Made by a program: the position numbers and the translations under genes. A stretch of 63,895 nucleotides of DNA, counting the filler, from Welwitschia mirabilis (lineage: Eukaryota): assembly GCA_051453625.1 (NCBI GenBank). It is 6 parts of one record of this genome, joined end to end, with 100 filler letters (N's around TTAATTAATTAA, not from the genome) between each part and the next. Parts side by side here need not be neighbours in the genome. Positions count along the whole stretch, not along the records: positions 25,075 to 50,754 come from JBOZIK010000001.1; positions 50,855 to 57,266 come from JBOZIK010000001.1; 4 more parts are not named here. One strand, written 5' to 3'. Positions 38,301 to 51,225 of this stretch are shown here, in pieces. Positions within the stretch are counted from its first letter, which is position 1. Each line of letters starts with the position of its first letter. The notes under the pieces are model-generated. The model had not been told where the DNA came from and made no database searches. It worked only from the letters and a program-made list of their open reading frames with translations.

Positions 38301-39238
38301 AATTTTCAAGGATTAGTCTCAACCTATGTAAAATAATAACAGTGATGTAGTGATGTTTTAATAGCACAAATATCACCCATTCTAAAATCTGTATAATCAA
38401 TGGATCTCTCCTCATATAGAGGTATACTAATGTAGCTCTAGATCTAACAAAGAAGGAAGTATGAATGCAATAGTAGAACTCCTCCTGTAAGTAATGTGGA
38501 AGCTAAGATACAATAATGTAAATGCATAGCTTAATATTTCAAATCCAAATGATTTTGCCAAATGAGAATGGTTCCAAAAATATCTCTTGGTCATCTATAA
38601 GTTAGCTAATTTATTATAATTAATTTGTTCCTTCAACGGTTATAAATAACTAGAAAATGACTATCTAACAGCTAGATAAATGATACATAACATTTAAAAA
38701 AATTTCTTTTTTCACCACTCAGTCGACCCCATGAAAATTGGTTAACCCCATGTGGTGCCATTAATTACAGAGGTCACTAGAGAGAAATATTTGGTCACCC
38801 TAGTTTTTTACTTCTCCATGTCCGGTTGTCCTCATTTAGGTCCGGTCAACACTAGTCTGGTCGATCCTATCTTGGATCCAGTTTATCCCTTATCTGTCAG
38901 TCTAAGAATACTATCTATTAGGTCCTCAAATCTATTCAATCCCATGAAAATCTGGTTAACTCCTTGCAATTCAATTGAGGGACACTGATTTTCCAAGTTT
39001 TAGGTCTAGTCGATCCCTCTGGATGTAGTAGATTTTTCTTTGACAACTTTAGGTGCAGTTGATCTCTTTAGGATTTGGTCAACTCATCTAGAGGGTAAAC
39101 CAACTAAATAGGTTTTTTGGTGCATATTTTAGTTCCACCTTTCAATATACCAAAAATAAACTCTTCTACACAAAATATACAACATTTGCTATACAAGAGA
39201 CATTAGTTTGACATCAATTGATAAAATATAATCTAACA
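32303..39238 (-). mobile_element. Sirevirus-like Ty1/copia element with both LTRs, nested in the integrase of D
   Basis: LTRs at 32303-33617 and 37959-39238; TSD TAAAG/CAAAG; PBS GCTCTGATACTA (tRNA-iMet) at 37945-37956; several PPTs at 33618-33900; C-rich TATTCACCCC-type motif at the LTR 3' end. Host integrase KLNDVLWTYHTTW is restored when the element is removed. Confidence 0.92.
35437..37895 (-). pseudogene. Copia gag-integrase-RT remnants of the first Sirevirus-like element
   Basis: IRSDH, MARTML, AIFLGYSMRSRAYRV, KARLVAQGYNQ, IYVDDII (~35650); copia domain order. RNase H probably lies in the gap 34769-35436. Confidence 0.9.
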
Positions 39239-42200
39239 CAAAGAACATCATTTAGTTTAAAATCCCATAACTTCTTATTGATAGAGACATGTTTTTGAAG
39301 CTTTTTTTAAACTTTTTTATTAGCATTTTTATCTTGCCCATTGATTTAATGATAATAAGCATAANNNNNNNNNNNNNNNNNNNNNNNNNNNNNNNNNNNN
39401 NNNNNNNNNNNNNNNNNNNNNNNNNNNNNNNNNNNNNNNNNNNNNNNNNNNNNNNNNNNNNNNNCAATTGATAAAATATAATCTAACACAAAGAACATCA
39501 TTTAGTTTAAAATCCCATAACTTCTTATTGATAGAGATATGTTTTTGAAGCTTTTTTTGAACTTTTTTATTAGTATTTTTATCTTGCCCATTGATTTAAT
39601 GATAATAAGCATAAGCTACTCTATGTTCTATTCCAATGGATAAGAGAAGTTTTATAAAAATATAGTTAATGAAATGAGTTTCTTGATCACTAATAATTAT
39701 TTGAAAAAAGTCAAAACATTTTTTGAGTTCTAAAAAAGTTACAAATGGTTTGAGCATCATTTAAGGAAGTAGGAACTGCTTTAATCCATTTAGTCACATA
39801 ATCAATAGTCACTAAAATTAATTTTTATCCTTAAAAAATTAATTCCCTAACAATCAAAATATTCACACTCAAGAATAAGTTTAAGGGGTATTTCTTAGGA
39901 TTGTAAAAGGCTATCAAAATGTTGACATGCATTTCACCTTCTAGCATAATCGAAAAAGTCCTTAAAAAAATAGGCTAATAANNNNNNNNNNTGTAAATTT
40001 TCTCATAATTGGATCCTTACATCTATAATAAATATGGAATCCTATCCATTCATAATAACCTATCCTATAGAGAAAATATTTTCTTTAATTATGACTCTAA
40101 TTTTTTGGTGTTTTTAAAGTAAACAAATAATTAACAATATCAACATACCATGGAGGTGGATGAGTAAAATATATAATAAATAGTTGTTCATCTAGAAAAT
40201 AAGCACTAATAGAAAGATCATTCAAAGAAAAAGAAAGGCATGATAAGTGATCTGCTACATTTTTATGTTATCTTGTCTTATCTATAATGATGAGATTAAA
40301 TTCTNNNNNNNNNNNNNNNNNNNNNNNNNNNNNNNNNNNNNNNNNNNNNNNNNNNNNNNNNNNNNNNNNNNNNNNNNNNNNNNNNNNNNNNNNNNNNNNN
40401 NNNNTACATTTTTATGTTATCTTGTCTTATCTATAATGATGAGATTAAATTCTTTCATTAATAGGATGCATCTAATAAACCTACTACTAGAATATTTCTT
40501 GGTTATTAATTATTTAATTGTTGTATGATTTTTATATACATTTGTATGGAAGCCTAAAACATAATGTCTCAGATTATTAAGGCAAAATATTATGGCTAAT
40601 ATTCTCTCTCAGTAGTTGTGTAATTTGCTTGATCTTTGGACAATGTTCTACTATGATAAGATATAATCTTGAAATCATTTTTGTATTTTTATCTAATCCC
40701 CCACCTATAGAAAAATTAGTATCATCACATATTAACTCAAAATCTTTTTGCCAATGAGATCCCATTGTAATGGAAGCATAAGAGAGTTTATGTTTGAGTT
40801 TATTAAAAGTAAGATGGAAAGGTGTATTCCAATAAAATTTAGCTTCTTTTTCTAGTAAGGAGTATAGAGGTCTACAAATTTAAGCATAATATTGTATGAA
40901 GTGATGGTAAAAACCACAACATCCAAGAAAATATCAGAGTTGCATAACATTGATTAGGAAAGTTAGGTTTTAAATGATACTAACCTTTTCAAGGTCCATA
41001 CTAATCCCTTTTTTTGAAATATGATGGCCTAAAACAAATTCCACTTTTAGCTAAAAACAAGCTCTTTTCTAAAATTAAATGAATGCCACACTGCATGCAT
41101 TTATCAAGGACTTTTTCTAATCTTTCTAAGATTTGATTGAAGATTTATTCAAAGATTGAAAAGTAATTCATAAAGATTTCTATTGAGTCCTCTAACATGT
41201 CTAAGAAAATGCCCATCATAATATGTGAAAAATTTTCAGAATCATTACCTAATCCAAAAGGCATTCATCTAAAAGAAAACATCCCAAAAGGCAAAGTAAC
41301 AGTTGTTTTGGCCTAGTCTTTGCTAACTATGCAAACCTAATTATAACTGCTATATCTATCTAAAAAGAATTTCCCTAAATTCTATTGAGTATTTGGTTGA
41401 GAAAGGATAGAGATAATGATCCTTTTTTGTAACCTCATTTAATTTTCTAAATTCTATGCATACTCTCCATTTTTCATCCTTATTTGGTACTACAGTTAAG
41501 GAACTAACCATTCACTATCTAATATAGCATAAATAATTCCAGCATTTATTAACCTAATAATTTATTCTTAACTACTTGTTTAAGTGCTATATTTAATCTT
41601 CTTTATGGTTGCCTAATAGGTTTCACATTTTTCTCAAGATNNNNNNNNNNNNNNNNNNNNNNNNNNNNNNNNNNNNNNNNNNNNNNNNNNNNNNNNNNNN
41701 NNNNNNNNNNNNNNNNNNNNNNNNNNNNNNNNNNNNNNNNAATTTATTCTTAACTACTTGTTTAAGTGCTATACTTAATCTTCTTTATGGTTGCTTAATA
41801 GGCTTCACATTTTCCTCAAGGTAGGTTTTATGCTAAACAATAGAAGGAGGAATAGCAGATAAAACTTTATAAGACAAAGTAAAGGTATGAATTTTGGAAG
41901 TCCAAAAAGGTTAACTCTTGTTTAGGGGATAGATTCTCATTGATTATTAAAGGATTTTTTAGTTTATTATAGAGAAAAATATACTTCAGTCCACTAGGAA
42001 GATTTTTCAAATTTAGATTCAAATTGAGATTTTTAGTTTCTAACTTATGTAGTGGACGATCTTCCTAAAATTATGAGTTTTTATTTGTTGTTAATGGTTG
42101 GACTTCTCTACAAACTAAGGATTTTGTTTCTTCTTCATTCTGATTTAAAAAGTGATTTTCTAAATGCTCAAAGTTGGATGAATTGAAAGCCTCTAAGTTT

Positions 42201-45097
42201 TTAATCTTAAGTAAATCATCATAAAGCATAGGTTCATGTAACATTAGCCGTCTTTTTTTAAGAAGATGATGTTATAGGAATAAGGTTGGTTTAATTTTAT
42301 TTTCTACATTCCATTCATCACCTAGGTCTTTCTCAGCTGCATCAAAAACTCTAATTGAAAACTTTTTGTTCCCTAGGTGAAAATTCATCATTCTAGTTCT
42401 TGTATCTATAATGTAATGGGCTATTACATAGAAGGCTATTCCAAAAAGTAATGATTAATCTTCATTATATTTAACCTCTATGATAACCACATCTATTGGG
42501 TAGAATGGCTATTAAATTTAAATCACTAAATCTTTGATAATTGCTCAGGGTTTCTTAACCGATGTGTCTACTAATTCTAAGAGAATTTCAGTAGGCTATA
42601 TTCTACCTTCTAAACTAAGTATCCTACAAATATGTAATGGCATGATGTTGACACTCACTCTAATTCTAATTAAATCCCTTTTGATTATTTTATTTCCCTT
42701 TATGTAACACTCACTATTACTACCCTAGATCCTTAAAGTTTGGATATTTTTGTAATATTAAGTTTGTGAGAGATTGAGTTAGAAAGACTTTTCTAGGAAT
42801 AATTTGTTTTTATTTTATTCTTATTAAGCCTTTTTATAGCTTAAGGTATTTTGGATTTTCTTACAAAAGTTTCTAGAATCATAAGTTTATACTCACATTT
42901 TGCATTAAGGTTTTGAGATATCCATCAAAAGTTGAATTAGTTTTAAGCCTATCAAGCCAAGGAGTAACTAGTTTCTTTTCTGTTTGTTGTGAAGAATTTT
43001 TATTTTTAATTTTTCTAGAAGAACTGAAGTTGATATTTTCTAATATTTTGATGTCCTCTTACTCCTCATCATCTCTAGTGTTATTTTGGAAGGTTGATGC
43101 TTCACAATGAGGAGGGTTTACTTCATGTTCACTTTGTGTTACAACCTTATAATATTTTCTTACCTCGTCAATATTTAGTAGAGGTTGTGTTGCTAATGAT
43201 CCTTGTAGTTTTTCATTTTCCAACATGATTTGTTAAAGAACATTTACCAAGTTTTGAATGCTAGAGTTTGTCTTTTCAATGCTCGAGTTTGTCTTTTCTT
43301 GTAATTTTGCAAGTTCATCTATAGAATTTCTAAATGAATCATCTTGATGTTGAAAGTTTGATGAACTTAGTTGAAAGTTTTAATTTTTAAATTGATTTTT
43401 AAAAGGTTAAAAATTGGTTTGAAAATTTTTGAGTTTGTTATCAAAAGTTTGAAAATTAGATTATATATTCATCTTAGGTTATGAGTAGTTTTGATTTTGG
43501 TTTTGGTTTCTAAAGTATAAACATTTTCATACATTTTCTTCTTGTATGTTGGCAATAGTGGATAGTCCTTGGTTATGCGATAGTTACCTTTTCATAAGTC
43601 ATACGTTGGCATAATACTTTTTATAGTTGCTGATTTTGCATCTAGAATCATATCAGTGTACTTCTCTAAAGTTGTTGTAAATTCTTTAATCAAATTTACA
43701 GGGTTGTCTTATGTTTTTCTTATTTTACTTCTTTCAAATCTTTGATGATTTATCCTATAGTATGGTTATCTCTCAATGTTACCAAGTTTGACTCACCTTT
43801 ACAAGTTATTCTAATTTTTCCTAGGCATTTTCTAATGTGAGGTTCATTAGGTTTCCACCATAAAAAAATCTATGAGTTGTTTTATTTGGCTATTAAGACC
43901 ACTGTAAAAGTAATCTATTGGCTTTTCTTGTATGAAAACATCTACTGGATTAGAGTAAATTGTGATAAATAAGTGTCCATAAGTAAAAGCATAATCCTTA
44001 TTTAATTGTTATTGGAAATTTGTCACTTCTTTTTTTCTTTTCCTAATAGTTGCTTCAGTCATAAATCTTTTAATGAACACTTCCTAGACTTGATTCCAAG
44101 TATTTAGAGTCTTATGTGATATAGTTTTTAACCAAAATTTTATCTTTTCTTTCAATGTGATTAGAAAATTATCATATATGTATGATCACTAATTCTTTTT
44201 ATTTCATTTTCTAAGTTAAGAACTAACTGTTCAATGCTACAATGTGTTATGGGAAATCCTCATCATGTTTGCTACTAAAGATGGGATAGGTGTTTAAATT
44301 CTTTAATTCAACATCATCTCCTAGAGATAAATCAAAGGGAGTTTATATTTATCATTTCCTATTGGCTATAAATTTCTTAAAGGTAAGGTTTGCATTAGGA
44401 CAAGGGGTTGAAAAACCTAAGATTTGGTTTTTCTTTTGTGCAGTGTTTAGCATATTGAAACTACCTTCTTCTAAATTACATTCTAAAAAATTTTCTTTTA
44501 TGAAATCAAACTAAAAAAAAAAGGAACCCAGAAGGGATATTATATGTACTTGAATATTATGTACCCGATTTAATTTTGAAGTTGATTGGTCCTTCTTTGG
44601 TATTTTCTTCTGTTAGTAGTCTTTCTCTCTTATATTTCTTCTCCTGATTGGCCATCTTACAACATCCTCTAAATAGAAAATAATAAAAAATAAAATTAAA
44701 AATAAATAATAGTCATACTATTGATCATAGGAACAATGTAGGGGATAATAAAAATCGAAAGTAAAAACATAAAATAGAAAATTAATAGAAAGTGAAAAAT
44801 GGACATAGAGTCTATTGTCCACATTGTCGTAGGGATGATATATAAGAGGATAGATACACAAACTGAAGGAAAAATTTCACAGATAGAAAATAAATTGAGA
44901 TAATTTATGTTATCATTTTCAATGTTATCTGAACAATAGAGAGGATGAAAGACTATTATCATAGTTTGATAAAAACTAAAAGCTGCAAACTAAAAGCCTA
45001 TAATTCCTAAATAGAAATACAACATCACTATAGATAAATATTCAAAGTAAAATTTGATTATCTAAGCAGCGATAATCCTCGTGCTGCTCAATAACCT

Positions 45098-45115
45098 TCC
45101 CCAGCAATAGAGCCA
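45098..45115 (-). promoter_or_regulatory. tRNA-Asp-type PBS of element D
   Basis: Minus strand TGGCTCTATTGCTGGGGA, 3 nt after the LTR end TAACA. Confidence 0.8.
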
Positions 45116-47110
45116 AGATGTTATTATGCATAATTTTACAATCCTTTACATCTTACTGAATCATATTAATCACAAATAGATATATTGCAAAATACAACAC
45201 TCTAGTATAAATGGAAGTGATCCAAATGTCATAAATCGATTAAAGGCATGTAAGAGAAGAAGGAGAATTGATTTTCAAGGAGAATGTATCTAAAACTTAT
45301 GAACACTATAGGAAAATAAATATGTAATGAAATATAAATGTAATCTATTCTAGATAAACATATATCTAATTATCAAATCAACTTATCAAAGAGATTGGCC
45401 CTATATAGCCTAAACCAACCACGAGAACTATCATTAATCAAGATCAACTTAGGCTATTAAGTAAGTTAAATAGTGTAATGCAAAATACTTCTTGAAAGTT
45501 AAGGATCGATCTTAGAGGAAGGTGAATAGGTCATTTAAGTTCTGTCTCCTTGTTCCTTATGACCTGTAAAAACAATAAGTATAAAGCAATGCTACAACAA
45601 GGTATTTAATGGTGGATAGACACCACCCTTTAGCTTTATAGACTCCTTGTCCTAGCTGGAATATATTCACTCTCAAGNNNNNNNNNNNNNNNNNNNNNNN
45701 NNNNNNNNNNNNNNNNNNNNNNNNNNNNNNNNNNNNNNNNNNNNNNNNNNNNNNNNNNNNNNNNNNNNNNNNNNNNNNNNNNNNNNNNNNNNNNNNNNNN
45801 NNNNNNNNNNNNNNNNNNNNNNNNATATAATGCAAGTGCAATAGAAATCTAAACTTTTGGAATGTTTAGATATTGCTAGTAGAAAGTATGACAGTCCTTT
45901 TTCAATCTTGGATTTAACAAAAATAGTATTAGTGTCCTCTATTGATTAGAGAAAAGATTTTATACTTGAGTTGTATTATATGACCATTTCCTCAAGGGGA
46001 AATGAACCGCTGCAATTTTCTAAAGAATTTTTGTGATTTTTCTAATGAACTATTATGTTTATAATAGTTATATTTTTTCATTACACGGTCGACCTTTCGT
46101 TATATCCAATCGACTGCAACCATGATCACCCTTATTCTAATGTTTGGNNNNNNNNNNNNNNNNNNNNNNNNNNNNNNNNNNNNNNNNNNNNTTAGTTAGG
46201 TCACTCTTATTATTTCTACCCAGTCGACCTTACGAGAGGATATTCTTGATAGAATGCAGTTGCCCAATCTCATTTTATATGATTGGCCTGATATCACCTG
46301 GTTCATATTCTACTGATTATCGTGTGGTCACCCATATAGTAACTATCAGTTACCCATACTACTATCAGATAGATTCTTACTGTGTGTCATGTGGTTACCC
46401 ATATAAATATCTTTGGTCATCCATCTTTGTGTTAGTTTGGATTTCACTGCGTGTGTTATAGTCACTCATATGAGAAATGTCCAGTCGCCTATACTGCTAT
46501 CATATTTTATTACGCTAAGTGAAATGCAGTCACCTATGTGATGATGACAGTCACCCATGTGTTAATTGGTCTTCTTTATATTGTCTAAGTTCAGTCACCT
46601 GGTAAGTCATGCATGGTCACCTACTTATGAAATAGTATTATAGTTCTTGAACATTCGATCGCCCGATCTTATAAATCATTCATCCAGTGTTGGAAATTAC
46701 CTACACAAAAGACTAACTTATAAAAACTCATTAAATTTATCAATGACAATGGATTCTCAATAAACTCCTCCTTTGTCATTGATTGAGGAAAAAGAATAAT
46801 TTGACATCTGGGTCCTCCGCCTAACTCATTTAGCTTTGAACATGATTAAATTTAACTGAGTTTTGTATAGAAAAAAACATAAGAAAAATCAGAAGTAATT
46901 TGTATAAAAATAAGCTTCTTTGTATTACTCAAAAAGTGTCATTACATGTGAAAGTTATATTTTGACCCATTTGCAATGCAAAGAAGAGACAAAGATGTTA
47001 CAAATTTTACTTCCCCTTTTTGATGAAATCAAGGATGAGGAGGATACAAAAAGACTAGATGACACAAAAAGACATACAAAGATTTAGTCAGACTCTAAAG
47101 ATTTAAAAGA

Positions 47111-48086
47111 CTAAGCATCCTTAGACTGAGATGTATTAACAACTAGAGTTTCATTAGCAATCATGGCCTTCTTAATGTAATGAATCCGCAAATCAATCTG
47201 ATGAAGAAGATAGAGAATTTTGAGGGTCTGAGAGGCCTTAAACTTAGGCCTAGAAGGAGCAGCAAGTTCTTCAAAAATTTGCATCCTTGAAAGTGTGTTA
47301 TGATTTATAGACCCCATGGGCTTTTAAAGCTCCTGCCTGGCAAGATGACGAATGTCAAAGTAACAACAAATTTAAGTGATGAGAAAAGGATAAGGCAGGG
47401 CATACCACTTATGTGGCTAAAGCTAGTTTACCATATGTTTGAGCATGATTGCAGGGGCATCGAAATCTCTTTGCTAGTCCAGCGCATACATGAGATAGAC
47501 CTAGTAATTTGAAAGTTCATCTCTATGCCTAGCAACTAGGAGGAAGTTGTAGGACATGATCAGGTGTAGAAGATGAAATTTTGAAAGAAGTTAGAAAACT
47601 TTGAGAGTATTTTCCATGTAATGTGTGTGTCACACACATAGTAAATGGCTGCATCCTTCTCTTTAAAAGACTTGGCCATGGGCCAGTAATCTCCCTAGTT
47701 TTCTCTTAGAAGGCTAGTGAGGGATGTGATAAGATTTGAAGTGATACACATTTCTTAGCCAAAAATGGAGGTAATGAATGTAGACTGGACTACATCATAC
47801 TTGGCATTCGAGTAGAATAACCTAGTAATCAAAGGGTAGCACATGCTAAAAACATAAAGGAAATAACCCCAGTTTACTTTTTCTAAAAAAGTCTAGACTT
47901 TCCTGAGGCAAAGAAATTGCATGGATTTATAAGTCCTCTCTAATGCAATGGGGCTTATCTCAAAATGCTTTTCATAGTGCCTCAGCTACTCTGTGCTTAT
48001 CCTGAAAAAGACATAACTAGGTGGTTTTGACTATAGCTTCCTTTTTTCTCTTCCTAGATCCCTCTCCTAGTTGAGAAGAAGCCATT
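47111..48086 (-). pseudogene. Env-like extra ORF of the Sirevirus element
   Basis: Lies between RNase H and the 3' LTR in sense orientation. Translates to ...VNWGYFLYVFSMCYPLITRLFYSNAKY..., the W-x-x-F...YP-x-x-x-R-x-FY-x-N motif seen in env-like/extra ORFs of plant LTR elements. Has stops and frameshifts. Confidence 0.7.
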
Positions 48087-49039
48087 TAAATCCCAAATCT
48101 GAGAAACAATAGTTGGAACAAGNNNNNNNNNNNNNNNNNNNNNNNNNNNNNNNNNNNNNNNNNNNNNNNNNNNNNNNNNNNNNNNNNNNNNNNNNNNNNN
48201 NNNNNNNNNNNNNNNNNNNNNNTCTTTTAACAAAGTTTGGACTTCCCTAAGGCTAAGAAATTACATGAGTTCACAAGTTCTCTCTAATGCAATGGGGCTT
48301 GTCTCAAAATGCTTCTCATAGTGCCTCAGTTGCTTAGTGCTCATTCTAGAGAATACATAACTGGGAGGTTTGACTGTAGCTTCCTTTCTTCTCTTTTTAT
48401 ATCCCTATCTTGGTTGAGAAAAAACCATTTAAATCCCAAATCTGAGAAAGAGCACATAGAAAAAGTGGAAAAGGGTCCCCCAAAAGTTTAGAAAATGACA
48501 AAAAAGCGTGAAATGAATGAGATAAGAGAAAGGGTGGGCAGATTTTAAAAATCCGTAGTGCACCGCCTTAAATGTGGGTGACCGATCGGAAGGTCAATTG
48601 ACCCATGTAAAATTTTAAAAACCTAATTATAAGGTAGTAGTCAACCCAAAGAATTTGATAGTTGACCCTGTAAGAAGAAAATTTTACAGATAAAATCCAA
48701 ATAAAACTTAGTCGACCTATAAGAAATAAGAGGTCAACCTAATGTGGCTAGAAAAATCATCAGAGTGAGGTCGACTGAAGTGAATTGTTTGGTCAACCTA
48801 GTTTCTACAGGATTTTACAGGAAAAATTTAGACTAATCTGATCAACCCAACTTAACATGTGGTTGACCCAACTTAATGTGTGGTCAATCTAGTAAGAGAA
48901 AAATCTAACAGTTAAGAAATCTTAGAGAAAAGCAGTTATCCTACTTGAAAAATAGGTCAACCAGGGTTTAAATATATATGAATTAAAAAGATTTAACCCC
49001 TTCTCCCTCCCTCAACTGAATTTTATTATTTAGATGAGG

Positions 49040-50720
49040 CTGAGTAAGGCAAGTCCTTTTTGGACTTAATACCTAGAAAATACCAAAGGATTAAAAAAGA
49101 TCTAAAAATAGAGGTTTTGTAAAAATATTGACCAATTGATCTTCTATGCATACATATTCTAAAGATATGATTTTTTTTCTATTAATTCATGAATAAAATA
49201 ATACTTGATACTGATGTGTTTGATTCAAGTGTGTTGGATTATGTTGTGAGCTATTTGAATAGCACTTAAGTTGTCATAAAGAATTGGTACTTCCATGATG
49301 TTCAGCTCATAGTCTTTCAAGGTCTCTTTCATCCATAAGATCTGAGGGCAACAAACTCCAGTGACTGTGTATTCAGCTTCAAAGGTAGAGAGGAATATAG
49401 AGCATTATTTCTTGCTATACCAGGATATGAGATAATTTCCAAAGAAGAAACATCCACCACTTGTGCTTTTATAATCATCTTTGAATCCATCCCAATCTGT
49501 ATCGATATATCCTATTAAACTTAAAGTAGTATCATTTGAAAACCATAAACTAGAATTTAGAATACCTTTCACATAGCGTAGTATTCTCTTTGCAGCTATA
49601 AGATGTGATTCCTTTGGTTTTCTTTGATATCTGGCATACAAACCAATACTAAAGGCTATATTTGGGCGACTAGCCATTAGATATAATAGACTTCCAATAA
49701 TACTATGATANNNNNNNNNNNNNNNNNNNNNNNNNNNNNNNNNNNNNNNNNNNNNNNNNNNNNNNNNNNNNNNNNNNNNNNNNNNNNNNNNNNNNNNNNN
49801 NNNNNNNNNNCATAAACCAAAATCTAGAGTACCTTTCACATAGCGTAGTATTCTCTTTGTAGCTATAAGATGTGATTCCTTAGGTTTGCTTTGATACCTG
49901 GCATACAAACTAGCACTAAAGGCTATATCTGGATGACTAGCTGTTAGATATAATAGACTTTTAATAATACTACGATATACCTTTTGATCCACATCCTTGT
50001 CATGTTTATCTAATGAAAGTTTAACATTTGTGGCCATTGGAGAGTCCATACACTTTGCATTTTCTAGTTTGAATTTTTTAATAAAATCTAAAGAATATTT
50101 ATTTCAATTGATAAAGTTTCCCTATTTGTGTTGCTCAATTTATAAACCCAAAAACATATTTACAGGTTCAACCATCCTCATTTCAAATTTAGAACTCATG
50201 AGTTTGATAAAATTATTTGACAAGTTTTCATTTGTTGATCCAAAAATAATATCATCAACATATATTTGTACTAGAATTAAATCATTATTCAAAACTTTTT
50301 GAAATAAAGTTCTATCAATGGAGCCTCTAAAAAAACCATGTTAAAGCAAGAATGATGAAAGCTTTTCATACCAAGCTCTAGGAGCTTGTTTTAACCCATA
50401 CAAGGCTTTGTTAAGTTTTTAGACATATTCAGGATTGTGAGGATCAGAAAAGCCTTGATTTTGTTTAACATAAAATTATTCTTTAATATTTCCATTAAGA
50501 AAAGAGCTTTTTACATCTATTTGAAAAACTTTCATTTTCTTGAAACAAGAAAAATCTAGAAACATCCTGATTGATTCCAATCTAGCAACTGGAGTAAATG
50601 TGTCTTCACAATCTACTCCTTCTATTTGGTAATATCCTTGGGCCACTAATCTAGCTTTGTTCTTTGTAATTTTATTATTTTCATTTATTTTATTTCTTAA
50701 AATCCACTTTATGCCTATGA
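49040..50720 (-). pseudogene. Copia RT and RNase H
   Basis: KARLVAQGY, LYGLKQAPRAWY, IYVDDII, SLLYLTASHPDIAFS, KSTSGGCFF, EAEY, KHISIKYYFIHE, QLVNIFTKPL. Confidence 0.93.
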
Positions 50721-50958
50721 ATTTTTTTTTTTTTTTTATTTTGGATTAAGTGTTNNNNNNNNNNNNNNNNNNNNNNNNNNNNNNNNNNNNNNNNNNNNTT
50801 AATTAATTAANNNNNNNNNNNNNNNNNNNNNNNNNNNNNNNNNNNNNNNNNNNNGAACTTTATGAAGTTAATACACTTTGTCTTGCATTTTTATTGAGTT
50901 AGCTTTATGATGTCTTATGTGGGGATTTGCTAGGTTAGAATTTAGGTTATGTAAGTAG

Positions 50959-51225
50959 TATTATTAGAAATATAGACTTTCAAGGCATTTCTAAATCACC
51001 TTAAATGCTTTTAGGGTGTTTCTTCATAAAATTCTTTAAAAAATGTCACCTTAAAAGCTTAGATGTTTTTAACGCATTTATAAGTTATTTTTATTAAAAT
51101 GACTCAAAAGGATTTTGATGCATTTTGAGAAATGTCTCAAAAGCCTTTTAAGGTGTTTTAACAAATAAATGAGTTAAAAGCCTTTTGAGGCATTTTATGA
51201 AATAAATGCCTTAAAAGCCTTTCTT
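50959..51225. mobile_element. CACTA/EnSpm-like transposon end: decayed TIR plus subterminal repeats
   Basis: TATTATTAGAAA matches CACTACTAGAAA after C>T changes. It is followed by several direct and inverted copies of AAATGCCTYAAAAG / CTTTTRAGGCATTT. The other end is not in the scaffold. Confidence 0.55.

Larger units (their letters stand above)
31296..45492 (-). mobile_element. Athila-like element D (part of 5' LTR, PBS, gag-pol, part of 3' UTR); host of three later insertions
   Basis: LTR 3' part at 45119-45492; PBS; gag ~44420-42750; protease; RT ~42000-40860; RNase H (FELICDD); integrase 40240-39239 continuing 32302-31758; 3' UTR to 31296. Confidence 0.9.
45493..50754 (-). mobile_element. 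Second Sirevirus-like copia element (3' LTR, env-like ORF, RT-RNase H), inserted in the 5' LTR of D and truncated at the scaffold end
   Basis: LTR 45493-46762 begins TGAAAG...AGAGGAAGGTGAATAGG on the plus strand; PPT-like tracts at 46763 and ~47010; repeated GTCGACC/GTCACC palindromic motifs. Confidence 0.85.
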
